Below are positions 1-10,309 of a DNA stretch of 64,000 nucleotides, piece by piece; the first letter of the stretch is position 1, and each line of letters begins with the position of its first letter. The notes beneath the pieces were generated by a model. The model was not told where the DNA came from, made no database searches, and saw nothing but the letters and a program-made list of their open reading frames with translations. Source of the DNA: Argopecten irradians (lineage: Eukaryota); contig NC_091134.1 of NCBI RefSeq assembly GCF_041381155.1, positions 61,118,902 through 61,182,901 on the forward strand, given 5' to 3'. The position numbers and the translations under genes were made by a program.

Positions 1-1480
1 AAGCGAAGTGAAAAGTCAGAAAAGGAAGAAAAAACCAAATTGAAAAAGGTAAAATTGATTTCCGTCACTATATTTACCAAGAGTGTACATTGTCAGTGTT
101 GTATTAATGACTAAAAGTAAGCTTACATAAGATAATGTATTGGTTATTATACAGATAAACCTGTCTATAAAGATCATACAAAGGACATTTTGAGAAAAGT
201 GGTCTTATGATGCAGGTGTTTTTTAAATAGAGAGGTGGTCAGTTCTATCTTACTACTAAAATGGCAGGTTTGACTGTACACATGTACAGTAATATATGCA
301 TTACTTGGTTTTCAATTAAATTATCTATAAAAAATTATATATTGGTAAGTAATTGAAGCTTAACTATATTTTTTCATGAAATTTAAGATATTGTTACTGT
401 GATAGTAAATTTCAGGAGTTCCAGGTGAGAATATTCTATGTCATATTATAAGACTCTTTCATATGTGGATATGAAGGATAGGGATATTCTACCCGAGGGT
501 CACAAAATGTAGTAAAACCAGAGGCTTACGTTCTATTGCAATTTTACAACTAAATATTCCGTCATTTTGAAATAAATTCAAAGAAATCCACAGCTGAAAG
601 TTAATTTTTCTTAAAATTACGTGATATTTTCAGCAAAAATTCCATTGTTTGCATCTTTTATAGTAAAACCAGTCAAGTTTGTGGAAAAAATGTTAAAATT
701 TTGCTGAGGAAATAGAAATTTTGTTGACGCCGTGACTCACGAGGCTTTATTGCATGGGTAGCCATGCAATACAGCCTCAGGCGGCATGAGTATATTGCCC
801 TAGACCAGCCAGTATTACACCCGTAGGTATGAAAGAAATTATTGTCCTTTACATGACACCATGGATAATATGGCATCAAGGATTGAGGTACAATAATACG
901 TTTTACAAAAATGTTAGACAAATTGTAAACACTTTAAGCAGAATTACATTGTAATAAAGAAAAACAAAACCTTACATGTAGATATTCCATCTTTGCATAT
1001 TACAGAATTAGCTCCCTTGCAGGTTGATATCAATTGTGACATCATTTTTTGTGAGCGAAATTCATGTGGTTTTATGTTTTACGATGTAATGCTCGTAAAC
1101 ACATGCTGTCACAATCATTACCTACCCACAAGGGCAGATAACTTTGTAATATGCAAATAGAGTAGCCACACGGTCCATAACGTGACCCGTGAACCAGAAT
1201 AGATACATTTCAAAGTCTAGATCTGCAACCCTAGAGATATGGAGGATTTTGTTTATTTTGAGGTAATAGGAGTCTAGTATGACATCAAGTGCCATATGTC
1301 TCCAACTAAACTGAAATGAGAATACTCATCTGCCAATTAAAGAAGAATGTATATGATATATATAAACATATCCTAGGCCTGCACATATATTTCAGTACTG
1401 TATAAATGCTATTCTTCGCTGTCATATTGCTCAATGCAAATTTTGATTCTAGTTGTTCATGTATCTAAATCTGTAAACCA

Positions 1481-1610
1481 AAACATATCACATTATTTAT
1501 ATACATGTGTATTTACAATACACTAGTACTGTACCTGTTGTAAACTTTACCAAAACATATCACATTATTTATATACATGTCTATTTACAATACACTAGTA
1601 CTGTACCTGT
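1481..1610. repeat. Two tandem copies of a ~64-bp unit (aaaacatatcacattatttatatacatgtNtatttacaatacactagtactgtacctgt).
   Basis: Direct visual repeat. Confidence 0.8.
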
Positions 1611-1659
1611 ATCAGTCCTTAAAACGGTACACATGGTAACAGTCCTTGACAATGTACAG

Positions 1660-1769
1660 TGAAACTTAACCAGCACCTCTTCAATTTGAAATATAGTGCT
1701 AGGTCACTACTTCGTCACGCAAACAAATGTGATAAGGAAGAAAGGGCAGAAAAAAGAAAACTTAAGAAG
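1660..1769 (+). CDS. CHMP1: CHMP1 (ESCRT-III) coding exon, first one visible. It begins just after a tacag acceptor with the last 2 nt (TG) of a split codon and encodes (M)KLNQHLFNLKYSARSLLRHANKCDKEERAEKRKLKK. The donor is AAG|gtgagt.
   Basis: Translation aligns to human CHMP1B MEKHLFNLKFAAKELSRSAKKCDKEEKAEKAKIKK and fly Chmp1. An in-frame TGA at 1647-1649 forces an upstream splice. A canonical GTGAGT donor lies at 1770. Confidence 0.75.
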
Positions 1770-1926
1770 GTGAGTTTAAACAAGAAAAGATATTTGACAC
1801 TGATCTGTAAAACTAGACATTACAGTAGCACAAAAACAGAAGTTGGGGCGTGTAGATGATCTGTTGCGGGAAAAAAAAATAGAAAAATAGCGTATGTGAT
1901 TTTAGCTGATATTATGTTTGATACAG

Positions 1927-2073
1927 GCTATCCAGAAAGGCAATCTAGAAGGAGCCAGGATACATGCAGAAAACTCGATCCGCCAAAAGAACCAGGCCCT
2001 TAACTACAGACGCATGAGTGCAAGGATTGACGCTGTAGCAGCTCGGGTACAGACAGCCGTCACAATGAAACAG
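1927..2073 (+). CDS. CHMP1: CHMP1 exon, phase 0/0: [49 protein letters not shown].
   Basis: Acceptor gatacag|GCT and donor CAG|gtacat. It matches CHMP1B [47 protein letters not shown] almost residue for residue. Confidence 0.88.
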
Positions 2074-2343
2074 GTACATTACTCCTGTTAAATAAAGTTT
2101 GTTTTAATGTTCGACAATGCTTATAAGGAGATATTTTGCTGTATTAGAATTTCTAGAAGATATTTTTGATAATGTATGATTAACACAAAGGGTCATATGT
2201 ATGTGTATTAGAAAAAGATAGTTTGATTGCCATTAGTTTGTCCGATAGGAATTATTTTGTATCTATATATTGCATAGTTATCTGTCCTTGTGGGTAGGTA
2301 TTGATTGAGACATCTTATGTCTCTGAGCATAATATAATCATTT

Positions 2344-3310
2344 TTAGCTCACCTGGCCCGAAGGGCCGGTGAGCTTATGTCATGGCGCGGCGTCCGTCGT
2401 CCGTCCGTCCGTCCGTCCGTCAACATTTCCTTTAAATCGCTACTAGTCATAGAGTTCTGAATGGAATGTAACCAAATTTGGCCACAAACATCCTTGGGGG
2501 AAGGGGAACAGAACTTGTATAAATTTTGGCTCTGGTCCCCCGGGGGCAGGAGGGGCGGGGCCCAATAGGGGTAATAGAGGTAGATCCTTTAAATCGCTAC
2601 TAGTCATAGAGTTCTGAATGGAATGTAACCAAATTTGGCCACAAACATCCTTGGGGGAGGGGGAACAGACCTTGTATAAATTTTGGCTCTGACCCCCCGG
2701 GGGCAGGAGGGGCAGGGCCCAATAGGGGTAATAGAGGTAAATCCTTTAAATCGCTACTTGTCATAGAGCTCTGAATGGAATGTAACCAAATTTGGCCACA
2801 AACATCCTTTGGGGAAGGGGAACAGAAATTGTATAAATTTTGGCTCTGGTCCCCCAGGGGCAGGAGGGGCGGGGCCCAATAGGGGAAATAGAGGTAAATC
2901 CTTTAAATCGCTACTAGTCATAGAGTTCTGAATGGAATGTAACCAAATTTGGCCACAGACATTCTTTGGGGAAGGGGAACAGAACTTGTATAAATTTTGG
3001 CTCTGACCCCTGGGGGCAGGAGGGGCGGGGCCCAATAGGGGAAATAGAGGTAAATTCTTTAAATCGCTACTAGTCATAGAGTTCTGATGGATTGTAACCA
3101 AATTTGGCCATAAACATCCTTGGAAGAAGGGGAACAGAACTTGTATAAATTTTGGCTCTGACCCCCTGGGGGCGGGAGGGGTGGGGCCCAATAGGGGATT
3201 TAGAGGTTAATATCAAAATTCCTTCAGAAAAGAAACAATGAACCTGTATTCAGAACATTACTTGGCATTACAAACCAGGTGAGTGATACAGGCCCTCTGG
3301 GCCTCTTGTT
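2344..3310 (+). mobile_element. Rolling-circle-like (Helitron/Helentron-type, non-autonomous) element copy 1. It has a hairpin head, a (GTCC)n spacer, 5 monomers of a 157-bp satellite (family A) and a conserved ~105-bp tail ending GGCCCTCTGGGCCTCTTGTT. It lies in CHMP1 intron 2.
   Basis: The head TTAGCTCACCTGGCCCGAAGGGCCGGTGAGCTTATG is a 14-bp-stem hairpin with a GAA loop. It recurs at 20636 and 25948. The tail recurs at 27906-28019 and 44815-44913. There are no long TIRs and no obvious target site duplication. Confidence 0.55.
2429..3210 (+). repeat. Satellite family A: 157-bp monomer, 5 copies.
   Basis: The anchor CCTTTAAATCGCTAC recurs at 2429, 2586, 2743, 2900 and ~3055. Confidence 0.9.
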
Positions 3311-3581
3311 AGAGTAAAGCAAGGATATCACAATAGATATTTACAAGCAAGGAAAAATAATCAAAGGGTCTCCTAGTAGTCTGTTACATTCTCCATGTGA
3401 GTTAATTTCCCATCCTTATTATTTGCTGTGTACAAAGTGTTCACTAAAATGATATTATTTAATATATGTAGCAGTAACACAAATACTGCTGATGAGATAT
3501 ACTGGATTGTTATAATCCAGCCAATGATAAATGACATAATTTAATTCTGTTTGAAGTATATATTTTATGTTGTATTTACAG

Positions 3582-3650
3582 GTTACAGGGTCTATGGCTG
3601 GAGTGGTGAAGTCTATGGAATCAGCAATGAAGAGTATGAATCTGGAAAAG
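3582..3650 (+). CDS. CHMP1: CHMP1 exon: VTGSMAGVVKSMESAMKSMNLEK.
   Basis: Acceptor tttacag|GTT and donor AAG|gtaact. It matches CHMP1B VTKSMAGVVKSMDATLKTMNLEK. Confidence 0.85.
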
Positions 3651-3758
3651 GTAACTGTTCTATGGAAACTTTAAAAACAATGTGGGCAGTATTTGATAAA
3701 AATATTAAAAATTGCAATAATTAATAAATAATTAATGGCAATCCTTACCTTATTTTAG

Positions 3759-3910
3759 ATCTCCCAGTTGATGGACAGATTTGAGCAACAGTTTGAGAAC
3801 CTTGATGTACAGTCACAGGTAATGGAAGACACAATGAACGCATCCTCCACTCTCAACACACCACAGACCCAGGTCGAGGGACTAATGCAGGAGGTGGCCG
3901 ACGAGGCAGG
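3759..3910 (+). CDS. CHMP1: CHMP1 exon ending in phase 2: ISQLMDRFEQQFENLDVQSQVMEDTMNASSTLNTPQTQVEGLMQEVADEA(G).
   Basis: Acceptor ttttag|ATC and donor GG|gtaggt. It matches CHMP1B ISALMDKFEHQFETLDVQTQQMEDTMSSTTTLTTPQNQVDMLLQEMADEAG. Confidence 0.85.
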
Positions 3911-4304
3911 GTAGGTTTCTCAACTTATGGTTCTCATTGATTAAAGAAAGAAATTCCAATACCTGGCCAACCAGTTAAGGATACAAGATGAATAACTTTG
4001 TAAATATTTCTAATAACTAGTCAACCAAATAGCTTTCCGGTCATTTCAATTAAATTTTAAACACAAAAAGATTTGATGTCAGTCTGTCGCAAAACATTGA
4101 TTGAAAAAAAAAAATGTATTAAGGGTCTCCATTCACGGTCTTGTGGTTAGTAGGGATGAAGATGATATAGTTACTACATGAAAGTCCATCAATATTTTAA
4201 TACATATATCACTAAAATATTACTTATTTTCATGACTAGTAGAAAATCATGGTAATTGTGTTAACAGATTCTGTTTTAACATTCAATGACATTTTCCCTT
4301 CCAG

Positions 4305-4386
4305 TCTTGAATTAAATATGGACCTCCCCACAGCACAGTCTACTTTACCCTCTGGGGTAGCCTCAGCATCAGCTAACAGTGAACAG
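4305..4386 (+). CDS. CHMP1: CHMP1 exon starting in phase 2: (G)LELNMDLPTAQSTLPSGVASASANSEQ.
   Basis: Acceptor ccttccag|T completes the GGT codon. The donor is CAG|gtatgt. It matches CHMP1B GLDLNMELPQGQTGSVGTSVASAEQ. Confidence 0.8.
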
Positions 4387-4689
4387 GTATGTGTGTGATA
4401 GACCCTTTGGACAACAATTGGTTATCATAGATGTTTTATGTTATGGTGTGGTGTCTGCCATCCATGTAGATTTCCTCTGTACATTTTATTCTAGACATAA
4501 AGTACAGAATGTGATAGAGGGAATCCATAGATTGGATAGAATTGGATAAAAGTTTAATTTGCACAGTCCTAATGTATAAGTATTTTATGTCACACCATTA
4601 AATGGCATCTATGTAACTTTACCCTTTTCTTGCCTTGTCCTGAAACATCCCATCCCCTCTTTTCTCGCACCTCGGACAGGGAAATCTCA

Positions 4690-5060
4690 CATGATACCTG
4701 GTGCTAGATTTTTCTATCTCGTCCGATCTGTCTGGTACCTTTACGCGAATTTGGCGGAATTTTACGCCATTCATGTAACAGTCCGCGCATGTGACGTCAA
4801 ACTCTCGAACTGGTGACGTCACAAGCGTCAGATAATCAATATTATTAGAAATATGTGCATTCAGTCATTTACCATGCATTGTTTGTTTGTTGTTTTTAAT
4901 TATGAAAACAGTATGTACCGATAGATCATCGTTTTTCTTTGATATAACCGAACTATATAGTTTTATGCGGAATAACTGAAATCGAAGCGCAGATGAAATG
5001 CTTTGAACCAGGAGGCCCAAGACGGGATAGTTTTACACTCTGAACGCGTATATAGACGGG
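4690..5060 (+). promoter_or_regulatory. CpG-rich block with two perfect CRE palindromes TGACGTCA (4792-4799 and 4814-4821, 14 bp apart) and a TATATAG at 5049-5055. It is a candidate intronic promoter.
   Basis: Dense CpGs (cgcgaa, ccgcgc, gacgtc, aacgcg, ggcgcgag) in an otherwise AT-rich, CpG-poor intron. Two full CREB/ATF sites and a TATA-like motif ~55 bp upstream of a large hairpin. Confidence 0.3.
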
Positions 5061-5110
5061 TTTTGCTATATCTTAGAGGCGCGAGAAAAAAAATCTATTA
5101 CCTTTAATTG

Positions 5111-5232
5111 ATCAAGATCGGGTTATCTCAGTCTCGGGCTAAGATTTTGTAACATCCCAACCTCGGCTAATGCCTCGGTTGGGATTATGTTACAAAATCT
5201 TAGCCCTCGACTGAGATAACCCGATCTCGATC
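5111..5232. repeat. 122-bp near-perfect hairpin (inverted repeat, ~58-bp arms, 4-nt loop) in CHMP1 intron 5. MITE-like or hairpin-RNA-like.
   Basis: The left arm gatcaagatcgggttatctcagtctcgggctaagattttgtaacatcccaacctcggc is complementary to the right arm gcctcggttgggattatgttacaaaatcttagccctcgactgagataacccgatctcgatc. Confidence 0.8.
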
Positions 5233-5464
5233 ACTTACAGGTAACAGATTTTATTAGTCTTGTCAAGTTTGTATATGAAGGAGAGGGCATTTATGTATCA
5301 CTGTAACTGATGTATCACTGTAATTTCCAGTTTTGTAAAGAGTTAACAAAAAAATATACATAATCAATGTTGTTATTCAATACATGTTGTAACAAAACAC
5401 ACAGAAATTATCATATAAACATAGTTTTATTGGACAACTTACTAAATATTTTTCTTTTCTTCAG

Positions 5465-5503
5465 GATGAACTTACGCAGCGACTGGCAAAGTTACGGAAT
5501 TGA
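5465..5503 (+). CDS. CHMP1: CHMP1 terminal coding exon DELTQRLAKLRN followed by a TGA stop at 5501-5503.
   Basis: Acceptor ttcttcag|GAT. It matches the CHMP1B C-terminus DELSQRLARLRDQV, the MIT-interacting motif helix. Confidence 0.85.
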   Translation, partial: DELTQRLAKLRN

Positions 5504-5688
5504 TACACATATCAACTTCATTGTGATAGAAAATTGTTAATCTTGACATTTTAACTGTCGCCTTAGCTTTGAGTAGAAAAGTTTTCCTGTGAAAGAGGAA
5601 CCAGAAAATCGATGACTGCCTTCATCTTGTTTATGTACAGCTGTCCCAGACTAAAACTTTATTGTGATGATGGATTCATATCGTGTAA

Positions 5689-5694
5689 AATAAA
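5689..5694 (+). terminator. CHMP1: Candidate AATAAA polyadenylation signal for CHMP1, ~190 nt downstream of the stop.
   Basis: An AATAAA hexamer in the 3' flank. There is no transcript evidence. Confidence 0.3.
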
Positions 5695-8209
5695 CTGACA
5701 CATGCAATATTGTCAGTCAAGGGAATGCTGAGGAGGATGTGGTACTCAATACTGTGAGAAAGATACTTGAAAAGGTGGAGATAATTGTTTTAAACACACA
5801 TTATGAATAATGCCCAAATTTTATATCCGATACTAGTTCTAGGCTATTCCTCATGTTTATATACTGTAGGAAACCAATGTAACATATTATTTCTTCATAC
5901 TTGCTGTATTTGTGAGTTATTTAAGTATTATGTGAGAGATGGGTATGTAGCTAGTGAATGAGAATCACACCTCTAACAATATTTTATTCATTTCATTCTT
6001 TTGTTGCATGTGGGTACTACTTTCAAGGTATCACCAATAATGTTCATACTCTATATGGTGATATTGAACCCACCAGTGAGCAATGATCAAAGGGAGGGAA
6101 CTTAAACCTTATACAATTTTTCTTTTTTTTTCTTCATGTACAGTTTTATGATGATAAGTTTATTTCTGTCCTAATCAATGTATCTGGGCATTTTGACAGT
6201 TAGATGTATACAAAATAAATCTACATCAATAATATTGAAGGATTGATTGTCAATTTTGTTACATTCATTGACTGATAAAGAAAGTTAATCTCATGCAAAT
6301 GAAGTGAACTGTGAATTAAGTTGGATAGGAATGGGTAAAAAACTGTCAGTAATATACAACTCTCTTGGTTTTATATAAATAATTCTTAATTAATTAGAGA
6401 AACATAATGTTTTCCTTTTACACCACGATTTTATAAAAAGAAAAATTCCACAAAACTGCTGTACAATACAAGACTTTATCCTCTTTTGTCAAGCATTTTG
6501 GATCATTTGTTGAAGTGTTCAACAACCTCTATAAAAACTTGTTTCCCTGACATTTCAGGATAAACAATGTTTTCCTTCTTTGATATTGTTATAAACTTGT
6601 TTTCACGTTCATACATACCTCAGTGTATGTAGTAAATTATGTATTATGAATTAATGAAATCGTTAAATAAATCTTGATACAAAATTACAAGGTTGTTGAA
6701 GTTTAACTCACAATTTATACTATACTATAGTGTATCCTGTGTTTCTGCAGTCAGTATGATTGATCTATTTAGGTAAAATAACGTAGATATTCACTCTGAC
6801 TTTTGACCTCAAGATTTAGGTCATCTGATCCAACGGGCCAGTATGACATTAGGCCTATTGTCATCATGCTTATTTTGTCGTTGTCTGCCATTTGCCATCC
6901 TTAAATATTTTTGCGTTTAAACTTTTGGCATTTAGTGAAACTTATCTAAGATGATCCTGACATGGTCCTAACCAAGTTTGTTTATGTTTTGGGTTGATCC
7001 GAAATACAAGATGGATACCATACTTCTTTAGTCCTTCTGCTGCAATTTAGCCAAAAACTTTATGGTAACAATCCTGACATAGTCCCAAGGTATTTCGGAT
7101 TGATGTGAAATCCAAAGGCTGCCACAGTTGTAAAATTTCAAAAATGTAATGGAAGCATCGATGATAGCTTACGCTTGTGCAAGATAAAACCTAGCAAAAG
7201 TTCGAAATTATTACATAATGAAATCACGAAGATGAAATTAAAGAAGACGCTTGCACCCGTGAGTTGAGACTTGATTTTTTTCCCATGTTGACTGGCCCGC
7301 TCATGGTACATTTTCATATTCCATTCAATTGATGTGGGTCAGTTTCATAGACATGAGTAAGGCCCAGCTAAATTACGATCAGTCTAGGGCCTATATATTT
7401 TGCGTTTTCCTAATGCGCTTTGTCGCCCTTTTGTTCCCCACCATAGAGGGTGTCGTCCACGCACTTCCTTTTGGAAAAACAGGAAACGTCATCCCTTTAC
7501 GCCTAGCAGTGAGAATGGTCCTAAACAGGTCCACTGTCTTTTAAAATGTTTTCTTTTTGGAGTAAATATCTCCATAATCTTTTTTAACCAGCACGTTGCA
7601 CTAGGCCAATTGGTTGCGTCCTTTCTTCCATGTTTGACACATGAGTGTCCATAAACTCCTTATAACAGATTGGGCACTTTTGTAAACCTTGTAAAAGAAA
7701 CCCACTGATGCAGACTTCAACTTCTTTCCGTTTTCAGTCATGGACATCCACCTGGTCCATTATGTGGTACTCCTTGAAGTTCATCCGTCGTCAGAATGGA
7801 TATTCCTGTACTTTTGTCTTCGTTTTGAAACTTTGAAGACATTTCAATCTGTCGGCTGCGAACATGTTCTTGATGTATTGAAATATTGCATCGTCCTTCA
7901 CAACGATCAATATTTCTCATACTTTCTTCTAAGTTCCTTTCCCGAGTCTTTCTGTATTTCTCTGGCGACACTCGAGATTATTCCTGAGCTGTCTCTCTGA
8001 AGGTTATTCTTGAACTACTGTAATCCTTTTTCTTGAATGTCCTTCCCATGTTTGTCAGCTTCTTCGTAGTTGCAATCCGGCACATTCTCCTGTTCAGTGA
8101 CGTGGCTCGTGGATTTATATACCAAATTCCATCTGCTAACATCAATTTACGTTCTTTCTATGGAGCTCCACAGACAATTTTGTAGGAAAACATTTACCAC
8201 TGTTTTGTC

Positions 8210-9215
8210 ATCATGCACCGTCCGTTGTCGTGCACCGTGCGCCGTGCGCCTGTAGCATTCTTGGATGAAGGGCTACCAAGTTTGTTCAAATGAATGACCT
8301 TGACCTTCATTCAAGATCACAGGGGTCAAATAGGCTAAAATCTTGTAAACAACTTCTTTTGAATATCTAAGAGGTCCAGAGACCTGATATTGGGCCCCTG
8401 ACATACTGGGATGATGGCCTATTAAGTTTGTTCAAAGCAATGGCCTTGATCTTCATTCAAGGTCACAGGGGTCAAAAAGGCTAAAATCTTCAAACAACTT
8501 CTTCTCAAGAACCAGAAGGCCCAGGGTATTGATATTGGGCCTGTAGCATGCTGGGATGAAGGGCTTCCAAGTTTGTTCAAATGAATGACCTTGACCTTCA
8601 TTTAAGGTCACAGGGGTCAAATAGGCTAAAATCCTTTAAACAACTTCTTTTCAAGAACCAGAAGGCTCAGGGTTCTCATATTGGGCCTGTAGCATGCTGG
8701 GATGAAGGGCTACCAAGTTTGTTCAAATAAATGACCTTGACCTTCATTTAAAGTCACAGGAGTCAAATAGGCTGAAATCCTTCAAACAACATCTTATGAA
8801 TAACTAAGAGGTCTAGAGACCTGATATTGGGCCCCTGACACGCTGGTATGAAGCGCTATCAAGTTTGTTCAAATCAATGACCTTGATCTTCATTCAAAAG
8901 ATTTCTTGAGAATAACTAGGAGGCCTAGAGACCTGATATTGGGCATGTGACCTGCTGGGATGAAGAGCTACCAAGTTTGTTCTAATGAATGACCTTGACC
9001 TTCATCCAAGGTCACAGGGGTCAAATAGGCTAAAATCTTGAAATTACTTTATTGGGCCTGTGACATGCTAGGATGAAGGGCTACCATATTTGTTTTAAAA
9101 AAATGACCTTGATCTTCATTCAGATCACAGGGATCAAAATGGTTAATATATTTAAATGACTATGTTGTATTGTGCCAATAGTCAGATGACCGTTAAGGCC
9201 CATGGGCCTCTTGTG
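8210..9215 (+). mobile_element. Helentron-like element copy 2 (5'-truncated: no hairpin, only a remnant of the GTCC-type spacer). It carries ~6 monomers of the 147-bp satellite family B and a tail ...GACCGTTAAGGCCCATGGGCCTCTTGTG.
   Basis: Same satellite family as 20770-25905. Its tail shares the GGCCC-N3-GGGCC palindrome and CTTGT terminus with the family A tails. Confidence 0.5.
8255..9130 (+). repeat. Satellite family B: ~147-bp monomer, ~6 copies.
   Basis: GGGCTACCAAGTTTGTTCAAATGAATGACCTTGACCTTCATTCAAGGTCACAGGGGTCAAA recurs every ~147 bp. Confidence 0.9.
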
Positions 9216-9230
9216 AAATTAGTGACAGAT

Positions 9231-9579
9231 ATGGTGATTTTATAGGTGTATTGTTTTCAGACAAAGCCTTGACAAAGTCCTCACGGGCCGGTATCAAAAT
9301 CTGCAGGTCCGTCAGGATTTCATGTTATAGCCATTTGATTCGGTTAATATAGTGTTTAAAGACCTAGACCTTTTTCGTTTATACGGTTTGAATGGTTGGA
9401 CCTATTTATTCGTTTATGAATTAACGACAGGTCTATGCCATTTCCGTTTATTCGGAACAACCGGTTCGACCGTTTGTAAAAGTCTTTATTTCAAGTATAA
9501 ATCCTGACGGACCTGTAGTTTATGATACAGGCCTGCGAGGGATTTGTCAAGGCTCGTCTGAAAACAAAATAAAATCACC
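9231..9579. mobile_element. MITE-like element (~350 bp) with ~90-bp imperfect terminal inverted repeats. A further partial copy lies in tail-to-tail arrangement at 9580-9716.
   Basis: Left TIR ggtgattttataggtgtattgttttcagacaaagccttgacaaagtcctcacgggccggtatcaaaatctgcaggtccgtcaggattt and reverse complement of 9498-9579 are ~85% identical. A third, direct TIR copy lies at 9649-9716. Confidence 0.6.
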
Positions 9580-9793
9580 AGGTCCGTCTTTATTCATAAA
9601 CGAACAACTATGTCCAACCAGTCAAACCGCATAATCGAAAACGGCCATGGTGATTTTATATCGTTTCAGACAACTAGCCTTGACAAAGCCCTCACAGGCA
9701 CGTATCAAAATCTGCAGATATATTACATTTACGAAAGGTGCAACCGTATAAACGAAACCGGGCTTACACTGGGGCAACTTCCTCGATCATATG

Positions 9794-9868
9794 TAACATT
9801 CTCAGGGCGATGTTACACTAACATTCTCAGGGCGATGTTACACTACCATTCTCAGGGCGATGTTACAT
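9794..9868. repeat. 25-bp minisatellite in 3 copies (aacattctcagggcgatgttacact).
   Basis: Direct tandem repeat. Confidence 0.85.
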
Positions 9869-10276
9869 CATATTAACTTCAACAAAAGATTCTTATTCAA
9901 TATGATACTTCAAATTAATTAATGTTTCATGAAACATCATTTCAAATTGAGATTTAGTTTGAATCAATGGAAACATCCATGTATCCGGAATACTTAAAAA
10001 GAACTGTTTAGCAGGGTGCTCTTATAGGACTTCACTTATTTTGAAGCTTTTTAGATTAGGAATTGTCATTGTCGCCAAAGCATCAGTACTATATGACTTG
10101 ATAACCATTTTATAAGGGATGGACTAATCAGGTAGCCAGAACCTTTCTGACTAAAGGTATGTATGCATGCATACCGATATATTATTCAATTTCATATTAT
10201 ATATTTAATGACATTTAATGCGAATTTCTGGTACAGGATAGAATATCCTCTACACCAGACTTAAATTCTGTACATA

Positions 10277-10278
10277 CT

Positions 10279-10308
<30 letters not shown>
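10277..10308. repeat. (TA)n microsatellite, ~16 units.
   Basis: tatatatatatatatatatatatatatatata. Confidence 0.95.

Positions 10309-10309
<1 letters not shown>

Noticed and set aside
1-60. Lysine-rich frame KRSEKSEKEEKTKLKK followed by gtaaaa, considered as the 3' end of an upstream exon of another gene.
   Set aside because: Low-complexity A-rich sequence and a weak donor. No homology that I can recognise.
261-288. Candidate CHMP1 5' exon ATGGCAGGTTTGACTGTACACATGTACA|gtaata.
   Set aside because: Phase-compatible but the donor is weak and the peptide is non-conserved. Equally likely the true 5' exon is a UTR exon ending in A, or it lies outside the window. Kept only as a hypothesis inside a finding.
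2754-3191. Minus-strand ORFs rich in PAPRG / LPLFPLLGPAPPAP (also at 26658-27831 and 43905-44207).
   Set aside because: They lie entirely within the 157-bp family A satellite. The periodic amino-acid repeats merely mirror monomer periodicity. There is no start or splice context and no homology.
6930-7130. Two diverged ~75-bp direct repeats (…atcctgacatRgtccYaa…ttgggttgatccgaaatacaag…).
   Set aside because: Low similarity (~70%) and no terminal structure. Probably an old local duplication. Not annotated as a feature.
7560-8000. Minus-strand 77-aa ORF (MSPEKYRKTRERNLEESMRNIDRCEGRC...) and neighbouring frame containing DDAIFQYIKNMFAADRLKC, considered as a transposase remnant.
   Set aside because: No recognisable DDE, Tc1 or hAT motifs and no splice or start context. 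Possibly a decayed element, but unsupported.
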